From Pocillopora damicornis (Eukaryota), in NCBI RefSeq assembly GCF_003704095.1, contig NW_020847472.1:248001-312000 (forward strand): DNA of 64,000 nt. The letters run 5' to 3'. A program made the position numbers and the translations under genes. How positions within the stretch are numbered: position 1 is the stretch's first letter; each line of letters begins with the position of its first letter. A model generated the notes under the pieces. That model ran no database searches. It had not been told where the DNA came from and worked only from the letters and a program-made list of their open reading frames with translations. Positions 1 to 12,208 of the stretch are shown here, in pieces.

Positions 1-205
1 GACTGATCAGTTGAATGACAGACACTACTAACTGACTGGGTGACTGACTGATCAACGGACTGACTTACTGACTGACTCAATGACAGACAGACTGACCCAT
101 TAACTGACTTTCTGGCCGACGACTGTCTCACTCAATCCTTCATTCGCTGGCTTATCGTCTGACTGACTAACCAACTGGCTGACTAGCTAACCCATCAATT
201 GACTC
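1..205. repeat. Degenerate (GACT)n tetranucleotide repeat, intronic in the Cys-loop receptor gene
   Basis: Repeated gact/gactgact/aact units visible from position 1 to about 205. Confidence 0.8.
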
Positions 206-283
206 CCTAACTTCACTGCTAGGAGCACACAATTGGCAGGTACTCTAACATCAGTTGAAAGGAAGTGAGTACAAGTTACTGAC

Positions 284-3200
284 CTTCAGGCATTAGAAAC
301 ACGAGGAGTGTCAACACTGAAATAAGCGCGCAAGGCACGATGAAATTTATGACATAAAACGGAGATAGCCGTCTGATGTGTAAAACATACGAAACTCCTG
401 ACACCATAGTCTTGCAGCATAAGTGTGACATAAGGCTTCGTTCTGAGCGAGTGCTGATCAGTTGCCATTCTCCATTGGGAAGGTAATGCTGTGTGAATAT
501 GATGTCACTACCCGGGTGAATGTTGAGCTTAGTGATGTCATAGTTCCAAGATCCGAATGTCAATTTACACAACTACGAAAAAAGAAACACGTCAGTTTTG
601 AAACCTGTACAACTCTGTTGTGTAATTAAAAAAGGACGAAACAGCTCCGCTAAATCCAATATTAGTTTGAAATAAGTGATGCCGTCATGGTAATTTATTA
701 TTGTACTCGAGAATGGGATAAATGAAAGATGCCATCACGTCACCTACCTGTTCGTCCAACGGAAAATTTAGCACGTTTATTTTGCAAGAGCTCATTGTTA
801 AAATGGGAACGACCCACGTGACATTACCATCATACGTCACCGTAGCTTTGAAGGAACTTGTCTCCGAGTCGTTAAAGTCCGCACTAGAGAAAACAGGATT
901 ATTTATGTTAAAGATAGTATCTGTAGGCAAATTGACTACCTAATAACCCTCGCACATTCGTACTGAAAGCCAGAGTTTATGCAACGGTTGTAAGACGGAG
1001 TATGAATTCTGTTCTATGGAATTACTTGTAGGGTCAATAGAGCTGTTTTTTCATAGGGTTTTGTAGCTTGATCCTCAAATTCCCTATGTCAGACCAACAT
1101 ATGTTATACCATTTTCCCCTTTCATGTGCAGACCCTGGCCTCTAAAATCTCTGGAAAATTCAACTCAAATTTTCTGTTTTTGGTTACTTTTCGTTCTCTG
1201 TTATTACTTGAAGTTAAAAAGGCAAATACATTTATTACGCTCTCTCGGTTCCTTTGGAAACCAAACAAAATTTAAGGCCATAATGACCTTCAAACTATTA
1301 CCTTTGAGGCGACACATATCGTCATAGCTTATACCTTATATGAGGGAGTACCCTTTCCCTACCCCAACGGAGCTTGATCTCAAAGTTTCTTAGCTCAAAA
1401 TTGCAAATGCTTTAAGGCGCACTAATGAGCGATCAAACAACGCTTACTTTATTTCTATTCTTGAAACTGCTGCAAGCAATGTTTTTGTCTTTCAATTTTT
1501 TTAGCATTTATTTTTGAAAGTTGATTTTAATACTCGGCAGCCAACCCTGGGGATTTTCAACGTATCTTATGACATTCTGCCTTTTTTAACGATAGGGGAT
1601 ATTCAGTAAAATGTGTTAGTTACGATACTTTTTTTTAGAAGAAATAGCGTTTTGTGTTGTGAACAGTTTATTACCTTTGATCAGTGGAAGTTTTCACAGT
1701 TGATAGCCCTTTTTCATCGTTGATGATATTTGGAGGGAATGTGGTTATGAAAATTGTCAAGTTTCAGTTGCTATGATCAACGATTAAACACTTGAAGGAA
1801 ACTTTAACACTAGCCTCTTTCCGATTCATGAGTTAATTGTCGCCTACATCATTTTAATGATGCACAAATCCTCAATCGGAAGAGTAGAGTGGAGGAGTGT
1901 TTCACGCCTATAAGATGGCGTGATCGCTAAGGAAGCCTCCTTGATTTGTTCGGTGCTTGTTTAAAGAAACACGTGAAATTAATTTAAACATAAGTCGATA
2001 AATAAAGAACACAGTGTACAGCCAAAAGCTTAAGCTGCTCATGATTGAGTGCTCTTCAAGTAATTGGCGATTGATTGATCATGGGGATTCACTATATTCA
2101 AGCCTCCGTTTAGGTCATAACTTCATCAGTCTAATTTCGACCAGTTTTAAAGCAAATAAAATGGAATCATACCATACATCCCATAAGGAACGGTATGCCG
2201 TCTATTTTTTTACCCTTCGTAGGCTATGATCAATAATTAAACACTTGAGGGAAACTTTGACACTAGCCTCTTTCCGATTCATGAGTTAATTGTCGCCTAC
2301 ATTATTTTAATGATGCACTAATCCTCAGTCGGAAGAGTAGAGTGAAGGAGTGTTTCACGCCTATAAGATGGCTCTCCCCAAAACACGTGCTTGTTTTTAC
2401 GTTAGTGTTAGACGGCGTGATCGCTAAGGAAACCTCCTTAATTTGTTCGGTGTTTGTTTAAAGAAACACGTGAAATTAATTTAAAACATAAATCGATAAA
2501 TAAAGAACACAGTGTACAGCCAAAAGCTTAAGCTGCTAACGATTAAGTGCTCTTCAGGTAATTGGTGATTGATTGATCATGGGGATTCACTATGTTCAAG
2601 CCTCCGTTTAGGTCATAACTTCATCAGTCTGATTTCGACCAGTTTTAAAGCCAAAAAAATGGGATCATACCATACGTCTTATAAGGAACGGTATGCCGTC
2701 TATTTTTTTACCCTTCGTAGAGTTCTAAACTTTCTATGTAGGGCCGTTTTAAAACGATAACGATCGTACTCGAACTAAGCCGTGTATAACTGTCGCTTAG
2801 TACTTCGTTTTCAACGTGACTGAGATTCTCGGACACGTGGAGGTTGTATAAAAGCAATAAGCAATTTTTTCTGGTTCACGTGTAACTTTGTTTTGACACG
2901 GGTCCTGACTTTCGTGTACATATTGTGGCGATAATCAACTTGAGTTATTACAACTCGTGCGCGTTTTAATCTCTTTAGAACAAAAACTTTCCCTTTTTAG
3001 GCAGTTTTAGAGGAATTCTCAACGGAAGCAAACAAAGAGGTATCGAACCGAGTGCGTTTTCATGTCCAAATTTCAGTTAATGACACTTTAATTTCTAAAA
3101 CTGTTTTGGAGAAAAAAACAACGTGACTCATTTACTTCTTGCATGTCAGCCTATTTACGAACGCCTTATTCTACTTTTCGATTGAAACAAGGACAACATT

Positions 3201-6200
3201 TTAGAATTCATTTACCTTTTTTTTCAGTTGTTTACCATACACCTGCTTTGAAAGAAGTTAGAATTGCGTTGTTAATGGAAAACGTGACTTGAACAATAAA
3301 ACTTTTAGATTTTAAAGGGAATTCAATTAGTTATTTGTCTAATTTTTGAAAAAATTGTATTTTCTCGTATGTTGCCTTTTAAAAGATTTAGATCGTCCAT
3401 CTGAAGTGCACTGAAAGGTTCTCTTTAACCGTTACGCGAAATTTAAGCAAACTCATCGTTTAACATCATGGTCGTCTCTCCATGGTTGCTTCTCCAATAC
3501 GCTGAATGTTTTGCCGGCGGATTTTTAATTTCGTTTTGCTTGTGTTATCCGCGATCGCCAAAGAATCGCGAAGAATTAGAAAAGGAAGAAGGTTTCGTAT
3601 TTAATTCTGATGAAGAGTCCGTGATCATAGACGAATTTCCAACTACGACGACAGAGGTGCCTGAAACGAAAAGGACGTCCTTGGAGGGTAACCCGAGCGT
3701 GAGTGAAAAAGAAGAAGACGACGAAAAAGCAAAATGCATCGAGTCTGAAAATTTAAGTTGTGTGTGCCAGCCAACGATGAAGGAGGAAAAGAGTAAAGCA
3801 AAGGAGCAATTAATTGACTAGAAAAACGGCCAGAATCTTGTTCAAAACATACGTTTCGAACACTTCAGTTTGATTAATAATGAAGAGGATGTCACGATGT
3901 GAAACAATTTCTTTTTACTCAGTAAAAGTCCCTCTTGCGTATGTCAATTTACAGAATTGTGAAAATCGGATTTTTCATGTTTGTAAATGTAAAAATCAAG
4001 TTCAGTGTATTTCGCTAAGTAAGCTTCGAAATAAATGTTAGACGATGAAGGCTCTTTGTGGTATACTTGTAGGAGAGCTTCGATAGATTTAATTTCAATT
4101 GTTCCTGAAGACAGAAGCACCCATCTCGAACCTTTGAGCGAAATTTTTATCATTATCTCACACAAATTTTACTCACTTGTTGTACAATATTATATGGGGT
4201 GTCCATATTTCATTTCCATCTAAGTTCACTTGCTTTATGTCGCCATAATCTGAAGTATTCCATTTTAAGTTCTGATCTTTCCATTGCTAAAATGAAAAGA
4301 TACAATTTATATTTAATGTCAGAAATCAATATGCTGTATAACTCAAGCGCAAAACTTCAATTTTTCCCTTCTCAAAATAGACTCTAACTATTTGAAAAGT
4401 GTTAAAAATGGACGTGAAAATTTTACATTACTTGGAAAAACACGGCCGTCTTTTATACAGAATAGGTGGCTCAGTTAAAAGATCTATTTCAATCATGACA
4501 TTGCAACATTAACCTTCAGGATATAGTTAACACCTATTTTTTTTTTTAATCCCTTATACTATGTTTTTCAAACATATCACGGTCAAATGTAAACACTTTG
4601 TTCGATGGTTAAATTGACAATTATAACATAGCGCGCGTGCTTGCCCTATAAAAGTCCTATTGAGCCGCTATGAACAAAATCTTTATTTACGCACGCCCGT
4701 ACGTAAGTAGGATGACGTGGGCATTTTTTTTACGTAACTTCAGAGTTTCCGTCCTGTTAAGCTGCAGTGCAGTTTTCTTCTCTTTGAAATATGGAGGAAA
4801 CCAGCGAAGAACTGCCCAGTTTTTCTATCGGCACTGACCTTTTAGGTCCTGATCCAACAAGCAACAAAAATAAAGCCGAAAAAAACTCGCAAGTTGCACG
4901 TCTCGCAAATTTGTCGGAAGCGTAAACATTATTTTTGAACAATCAAAACCCTTGATAACTTCGGGTCTTTGACTTTTAAAACATTTTTTAGTGACACTTG
5001 AGTTCATTTGGCTTTGATTTTCTCCATTTTCCCCGTAAATTTTGAGCTTTTCATTCACAGTTATCGGTTAACTGGATCAAATGTTCTTGCTCAAACCAAA
5101 GTATAAAATGTGGCGTGTTTCTGACTAGCCAATAGGGAAGTTTGTTTATTATTTTTTTTTTTTGTGCGTTGTGAGAATTTTCAACAAAAGGCTTCTTTGT
5201 GCAGATCCTTGTGGTCGCTCTGTTATAAAAGAATTTGCTCATGCTTTTAGCTGTGCGTATATCGAGTTATGGATGCACTTGGGAGTTTGGAGAGCACTCA
5301 AAAAGCTAGAGTTGCTCTTGGCTGCGCCTCGAGCTACTCTTACGCATTTTTCGTGTTCTCCAAACTTTCTGCGTGCATCCATAACTCGATATACGCACGC
5401 TACGTATGAACAAATTCTTAATTATTCACTGAAGGGGAGGTGAATAATGGTGGATATTTTACCGAACCACAAAGCGACGAAGTAAATATCCACCACTTTC
5501 ACTGACATTGAGGTTCTAGTAAGTACCACACTGATACCAAAAAATGACCTGATTTCTCTTAACATATCGAAAAATGGACGAAAATTTAACCATTGCCGCG
5601 TGATTTGTTTCACTGGCTGCTCGAAGGTGAATAGTGCTTGGTATTCACTTCCGAACTAGCCAACCAGCGCTCGCGAAAAGCACTTTACACCTTTTTGGTG
5701 TAAACTAACAAATAATTTGCGCGGATACTTTTCGAGATAGTTTGTATTTTTCCAAGCTCTGTAGGGGCGTGAAAAAATATGAGCAATTATCAAAACGTAC
5801 GCTCGTATTATGGGATAAACCATCGAATAAGGGATTTGTTTTCCCGGGATTATTTCATATTTTATTAGTTTCTGGGGGGGGGGGGGGGGGGGGGGGGGTG
5901 TTGTAACGAAGTATAAATCCTTTCAAATTTAGTTCTTTATATTTTTTCAAAAGTGGTGACGTGAATGTTATGTGTTAACTAATTTTTCCTGGTCTGTAGC
6001 TACCTAGGCCTTGCCGCCAATCTTACCATTTTTATCCGTACATCTAAGTCAATTTTATGATGTTTTTCATCCTGAAATACAAGAAATATTCACGGTAAGG
6101 AACTGTCGTGTTGAATTTCTGAGCAGATCTTGAACTTGATAAATATGGAAATTAACCACAAAATGTAAATTCACTGTCAAGAAGGCTGTTGTAGTCATGA

Positions 6201-8393
6201 GGGAAATTATCGACTAAGAGCTTCTTTACACGGCGATTCCAACTTTCTTATTGATTTAGGTTGAATCATAGCAGTCAACGTTTGGAAACGTTTACATGGA
6301 GAAAATATGGTTGCCACCAATAGTGTAGCTCTGTTTTCTACATATAAACACACATACAACCCAAAATTCTTCCATTCACTCCGACGAGGGGCTAACGCTC
6401 GACGCGTCAGCTTTTAAATTCTTTACGGTGGGCAATTTACACAGATCAACTCAGTTAATAATACCAAATTACCTCATCATACTCCCCCACCGACGCAGCA
6501 ACACAGTCTCTCTAGAATCTTACCCTCTTTCTACATGGAAAAGTAAGTCAAATTGATTCAACCCTCTTTTCCGGGTAACCCTTGTCGGCATTTGGGTTCA
6601 CTCGGCGAGAATATTTGAAGTTTCATTGCGTTTTTCATGTGAACACTGACAAAAAAGCCAATCTGGGCTGGAAATTTCACTCGTGCTAACTGACCTTTGT
6701 TTTGATTTGTCTAGATCGCTTCGGTTTTCGTTTTGTGATACTCGATTTCAAACTGCTCTGATAACTTTCTCTTAACTAGGAACACTTACAACTTTAACAA
6801 TCCGGTAAAGAATCAAACTGTGTCGAATTTTTAGGGTGTGGTTGTCATGGAGAACTGGTCGGAACCTCATGCTGTAACGAGTAGTATTCAGAAGATAGTT
6901 TGTTAGGTTTCCCTCTCGAGAACAGCAACATAGCACTCCTATGAAAACATAAAATACCAAAAGAAAATCAGCGATAAAAGGAAAAGCAATTAATACAAGA
7001 AACTCATTCGCAGAAAATGTTTTCGTCCTGGGCAGAAGTAACAACGAACTTGTTACAAGGCCTGTGAATGAATCGATTACTCTAAATTTTCGCGTTTGTC
7101 TTTATAAAACACCAAAATCTTAGATATAGATGACAGACATCTACTGAAATGTTTGGGACACTTGTATAGAGTGGAGATGTCTCAACCAATTTCTATTGAC
7201 AGACAAATTCACGGATAGTTTTTTCCCATTCTTAGCTCTTGCCTCCCAGCTGCCAAGTCAGCTAAGATACACGGGTAAACTACGGTTTACGCAAAAAAAA
7301 AGTTCCCTGTAATAAAGAAATGCAGGGGGATTCATGTTTGATAACAATTGTGATGCTAATCGTATTCAGTATTTAATATTATTTTCATCATTCATCGTCA
7401 CCTTCATGATCATTCTTAGTATTATCTTTGTTATCATTTTGATTTTGGTATGAAATTGATAGAAGCCATGGAAATTGATTGTGATCGCTTCTGAACGTCG
7501 CAGAGTGTGTAGAGGAAATGTAATTTTAGTGCGTATTAAGTTATTTGGATGGATATGAAATATATTTACAAAAGTTTTATTTTTTGTTATTATTATTATT
7601 GATCATTATTATTTATAAAGTTGTTTTTGATTTTATCTTTATTACTTAATATCTTGATGATGATTATTATCATTATTATTATTCTTATAAGAAAGGTGGT
7701 GAAGTGCGAAAGGTTTTGTCGAAGATGGTTGCATGTGAAAAGGAGTGGGAGGTTTGTATGGAAATTTACCGATCACATCCTGTATTCATTAGAACGCTTT
7801 GCAATCAAACTACTATTGTTTTTTAAACTACCATTTGCTTTTCATTTTTCGTTCAATTATTTGCCAATTTCTTCATGAGGTAGATGTGATGTGACTTCAA
7901 TAGCCTCTAGTGAAAAAAGCAAACAAACAATATGGCCTCTTCATGGCGTCATCAAAGCCTTTTTGCCGAATTATTCTGATATATTTACATAGTTACGAAT
8001 TGAGGTACGTAAAATCGAAATTCATTCGAACAAGCTCACCTCTGATATAGGGATGTTGTAATATTTGGTGTAGATAAGAATTTTCTTCTGTTTAACAACA
8101 TACAAAATGCAAAAGCTTTATTGAAATCAATCTTCCGGGCGCAGACACTCAAAAATTTTTTTCCCGAAGGGAAGTCGTGCTGAAGGTAGATTCGAAGTTT
8201 TAACCATTGTCTTTGTTTTTTCCCGACGGTATTCATCAGTTACAAGTGTTTTAGTGCTAAGAATATTTTGAAAAATGCTGACTTGGAAGGGTGCAAAATA
8301 TTACGAAAACAAAAAGCAAAAACAAAACAAACAACAAATACCTTCCGTGAGGAACACGAGGCAAGCTATAAATAATCTGTAGAGGATCTGCAT
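284..8393 (-). CDS. Cys-loop ligand-gated ion channel, nicotinic acetylcholine receptor alpha-like subunit; 3'-incomplete (continues beyond position 1). Coding exons: 8393-8342, 6938-6790, 6071-6027, 4286-4177, 883-748, 572-284
   Basis: All junctions are GT-AG with compatible phases. Signal peptide MQILYRLFIACLVFLTEGVLC; N-terminal helix plus RPV motif (YLLNTTRYSMRFRPVLHDNHT); 45-nt exon DEKHHKIDLDVRIKM; 110-nt exon QWKDQNLKWNTSDYGDIKQVNLDGNEIWTPHIILYNN (45 and 110 nt are the classic nAChR exon sizes); Cys-loop C-KINVLNFPLDEQL-C with 13-residue spacing; loop B FGSWNYD; vicinal CC in loop C; M1 helix FYVINFIVPCALISVLTLLVFLMP. Confidence 0.93.
1770..2720. repeat. Tandem direct duplication, about 453 bp (1770-2222) plus about 498 bp (2223-2720), intronic
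   Basis: Both copies start gctatgatcaa and end tacccttcgtag and are highly similar throughout. Copy 2 has an extra segment of about 44 nt (2373-2416). Confidence 0.95.
2834..2882 (+). promoter_or_regulatory. Candidate promoter of the nested ORF: TATA box (TATAAAA 2847-2853) between two CACGTG E-boxes
   Basis: CACGTG at 2834-2839 and 2877-2882, TATAAAA at 2847, about 600 bp upstream of the 3468 ATG. Confidence 0.4.
3468..3821 (+). CDS. Orphan 117-aa protein with an N-terminal hydrophobic anchor and an acidic Glu-rich tail; nested antisense in the receptor intron
   Basis: Uninterrupted ATG-to-stop ORF. Start context aacatcATGG is identical to that of the SAARP gene. Composition is protein-like (hydrophobic N-terminus ending CLCYPR, then E/K/S-rich). 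No family recognised. Confidence 0.55.
   Translation: MVVSPWLLLQYAECFAGGFLISFCLCYPRSPKNREELEKEEGFVFNSDEESVIIDEFPTTTTEVPETKRTSLEGNPSVSEKEEDDEKAKCIESENLSCVCQPTMKEEKSKAKEQLID
5229..5419. mobile_element. Palindromic (fold-back) MITE-like element of about 190 bp
   Basis: Long inverted arms, e.g. gtgcgtatatcgagttatggatgcac vs gtgcatccataactcgatatacgcac and aagaatttgctcat vs atgaacaaattctt. Confidence 0.8.
5874..5898. repeat. Poly-G homopolymer (about 25 nt)
   Basis: Directly visible. Confidence 0.95.
6375..6528 (+). mobile_element. Interspersed repeat with a degenerate minimal hammerhead-like core (Penelope-like element remnant), copy 1
   Basis: ccgacga-ggggctaacgctc-gacgcgtc followed by sequence shared with the copies at 22074-22217 (minus) and 51395-51600. 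Confidence 0.6.
7585..7690. repeat. Imperfect (ATT)n microsatellite
   Basis: Runs of attattatt. Confidence 0.8.
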
Positions 8394-11300
8394 TTTTCTT
8401 TTGAGACTTCCTCCAGTAACCCAAGTCGTAAATGAACCATATTTTCACTGCTGTTGAAGAAAAGTTGTTGAACCGGAGAAAAATATTTCATTTACGCTGC
8501 ATACTAATTCACCGACGAAATTATATACAAGAAAGAAATTACAGGTGGCAGGCCTGCTGCCAGAATATCAAATTGACAATCGGAAAAATACGAGCAATTA
8601 TCGATCATTTTAAGTCGGCCTAAACCGAACATCGTCATCGTTTCAATTCTCGTCAAGGTCTTTTACAGGTGGCAAGCACCCGCTGTTTTAGTACCCAAAC
8701 GTTTCAGGACTGACAACGGTAAAAAAAGAGTCTAGAAACTGATATTTATCTTCCTTGAAAACAAACTTCGTCGTCGTAGAAAGCGAAGTTTGAATTTCCT
8801 ACCACGAGGGTCCATTTTTAAACTTGCTACACGTTTGGATTGAAAGAGAGAAGTTTAATAACAAAATGTAGCTCCCAGAAAGGACGGAAGTGTATGAACT
8901 CTTCGTGTTTTCCAGTGTTAATAGGGAATGATTAAGACTATATTTATTTACCAGTCCTCACTGATTTTTAGGTGTTCTTAAAATAGTCTTTGCAAAAAAA
9001 AATCGTTATATGGTCGAGGAAGCAGTAATGCGATTTTCAGGGAGATCTCTTCTTGTTTCTTGCTTCTTCGTTCGTTTCAGAATAACACGGAAAAAGTGTT
9101 TGAATTTATAGTTGCTTCGAATGAATGCATAGTTTACTATGATTACCTCACTAAGGAATAATAAAGAAAATAACGTACTAGTAGGTGGAAGCAAAGCTTT
9201 AAGTGCAAGTGCTAGGTCAGTGTAGTTACTTGTTAATCGAGACTAACCTCGTTTTGTTAGATGAGCAAAGCTTCCTTGAATTGAAGAAACTCAAAGTTTG
9301 AAATTCACGAAATTTCTAAATCGAATAAATTGGTACCCAGGTTCAATCACCGCAAAGATTCCATTCCAACATACTCAGCTTTGAAGCGCGCAAAGCACGC
9401 ACTACTATAGGATGTAAAACCGCGTTCGTGTAAAATATTTATTCTTCGCACTCTTTACGGTGGTACATGTACAAATCAAGCCTTTCCCGTGGAAAGAAGA
9501 ACTTAGTACAAATTCGCTGTCTCTGTAAACATCTTTACACAAACCCGGGTTGATAAATGTCATTCGTAATCTTTAACTACACGACTAAGCGGGTACGAGA
9601 CCTTCCATGATTTTGTTCGGGCATGTTTAATTTTGTAACAACAATTACTAATTTTGTGTGCATGTATCGAAGAAAACTGTATATTTGCTGTTTTAGTTGT
9701 TGTTGTTGTTCTTTTTGTTGTTATTGAGCGATAGTTCTCCGAAAATTCTCACGATATTTCGCACGAAACCTCGTCTTGTTGATGTCGGTGATTGTTTTGT
9801 CTTTACTTAATTTAGCGGACGTCCTGTCTACCAAAAGAATCTATGTAAAATTTGTTTGAAGAATTTCCATTTGTGAAAGCAGCTATATATATGACAATTT
9901 AATAGGGCTACCATCAGAACCCACATAAGTTTTTCCCGTTTCCATTTTTTAGCGAACCGTTATTTATCTCAAGTCAGTATTCCGCCATTTCAATAGCATG
10001 TTTACGGGACAAAAAGATATCAAGTTAGTGCTCCAACAGAAAATATCGCAGATATTTGTTTAGAGGAACTGATTGCCGCTTGAATATAAGAGTTATTTTG
10101 ATTACTAAGTTTTTCAATATCGCAGAAAAATTTAACTTCTCTTCTAAAGATAGAGCAACGCAAAAATTGATTTGGCGTGATTTAACGTGAAATAAAGTGC
10201 TTTCAGCTTTAATCCAATATCATGTAGTTTGGGATACATCTAGAAGTCCTATACCGGACTGTGGGAAAAGAAAGCTAACGAACCTCTTCAGAATTTGTTT
10301 ATAACTCTACGAAAATTTTCGCGATCTTTCGTAATCTTTCTCCGTGTTATAGATATCGGTGAATGTTGTCTTTTGAATCTTTGTTTACTCAATTTAGTGC
10401 ACGTCCTGACTACAATAAGAAGCTGTTAAACATTTACCGAAAACATTTCTCTTGGGTGAAGCAACCACATCTATTTTAGCAGGACTTCTTCAAGGTCCCG
10501 CAAACTCTTCACTTGCCTCTTCTTAAGTATCATTTATCTCGATTATTTCGCTATTTCGCATGTTAGAAAAAGAGAACAGAGACAAAACACAACTTAAACA
10601 AAACATCAAGTTAGTTCCGCTACCAAAAAATCATAGATATTTGTTTAGGGGAAATTACCGCTTGATTAAACGTGAAGTATTTTAATTAGTAAGTGGATAC
10701 AGACACAAAAAAAAAGAACAAAGACAAAAATACAGACACAGAATACAGATACAGACGGTGTAAAAAAAAAATCGTTTCTATGTAGAACACCGACTTGTGG
10801 TTCAGTTTGATCACGCCCTGTGAGGAGAAAAAAAAACGCCTGGCACTTGAGTTCTTCCCTTCAAAAGATTCGTTCATGATAGTTCAGTATTACTGATAAG
10901 AAATAAAAAGAAACTTTGTAAATGAGGGAAATAAATTTACAATCAGTGGATATGCAGTTTTTGCGTTTAGTAAACAAGACAACTGTAATTAAATCAAAAT
11001 AAGAAAATCTCAGAGTTTTTAGAAGGTTTTACTAAAATTCTACAAAAAAACATCCTGCAAGAACCGATGTAAGAATTTGCTTATCAATTGTCGAGAGCAT
11101 AGAATTGTTTGCTCAGTTGAAACCAATATCATGAAGCCTAAAGTATTGCTGAATATCATCTGTAGATAAAGTCTCAGACCTCTTTTTTTTCCTAAAAAGG
11201 GTTTTCTGGAAGACGAGGCCATAAGTCAAATAATTTCGGACCTATGTCACATCAATGAGATTTTTATGCTAATAAAATAATCAAAATGAGTTTCAACTGT

Positions 11301-12144
11301 GTCATTAAGCTAGTAATGACAACTAGGAACATTTTCTCTGAATAACCTCTCAGTTTGATACTCACACAGTTGTAAGATGTAGAATAAATAACACGCCGTG
11401 GAAATTTTGAGTGTTGCACTATGTGCGTGTTTTGATTTGCGTCTCAGAGCTTGGTGTGGTGCAATATTTTATCTGTCTCGCAACGGGAGACATTTTTATT
11501 CTAGAATTAGCATTCCTCGTCCTTTTCTTGGCTGTGGATTTATCCTGTAACATTGTCACAACAAACTTTAGCCCTTCAGTTTCCATATCGCCATTATTAA
11601 TGCCATATTCTCGCAGGTAGTAAACAGTTTCTAAACGAAGAAATGATCTTAGTAACGAATGCTTAGCAACCTTGAGTGTTTACCCCAAATCATTTTGTAG
11701 CCAAGTACACACTTGAACTTTCATAAGATCCGAAGGATCTGAACAAACTGAGATAATCTCTAATATTGTTAGTTTCGAAGAGAGCTTAGATCCGTTGAAG
11801 ATCACATTGCAAAGTTGTAAAAATTGGTTTGGATCAATTTTATTCATTTCTTTCCATAAGCAACTGACAAAACCTAAAAAATTTAAAGGAAACAACTAAT
11901 AAAGATCATCAACTTATAAAAGCTTATTTCCAAGCTAATAATCTTGAAGTGCAGCTAAAGATAAACTAGTCGCATTTAAAAATAACTGGCGCCAAAACTC
12001 GGTCCTTTATTTTCGTGTTGACGAATCATTGTTAACAAAACGGAAAATTATCTCAAGAAGCCTAAAAAAAGTTTTTGTCTAATATTAGTTGCCACAACAC
12101 CTACGCGTCGGAAAAAACGAATTTAATTACCTTTCTCCGAGTGC

Positions 12145-12151
12145 TATATAA
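12145..12151 (+). promoter_or_regulatory. TATA box of the SAARP/CARP gene
   Basis: TATATAA about 60 nt upstream of the ATG at 12209. Confidence 0.55.
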
Positions 12152-12208
12152 GCTGCTGAGCTAAGACACTGTAGAATTACTTTTTCTTAAGGTTATTATT
12201 GAAACATC

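Noticed and set aside
1675-1760. Possible extra receptor exon ending at a GTAA donor near 1674
   Set aside because: The receptor frame is already complete (YNN/AD join) and the peptide has no Cys-loop similarity.
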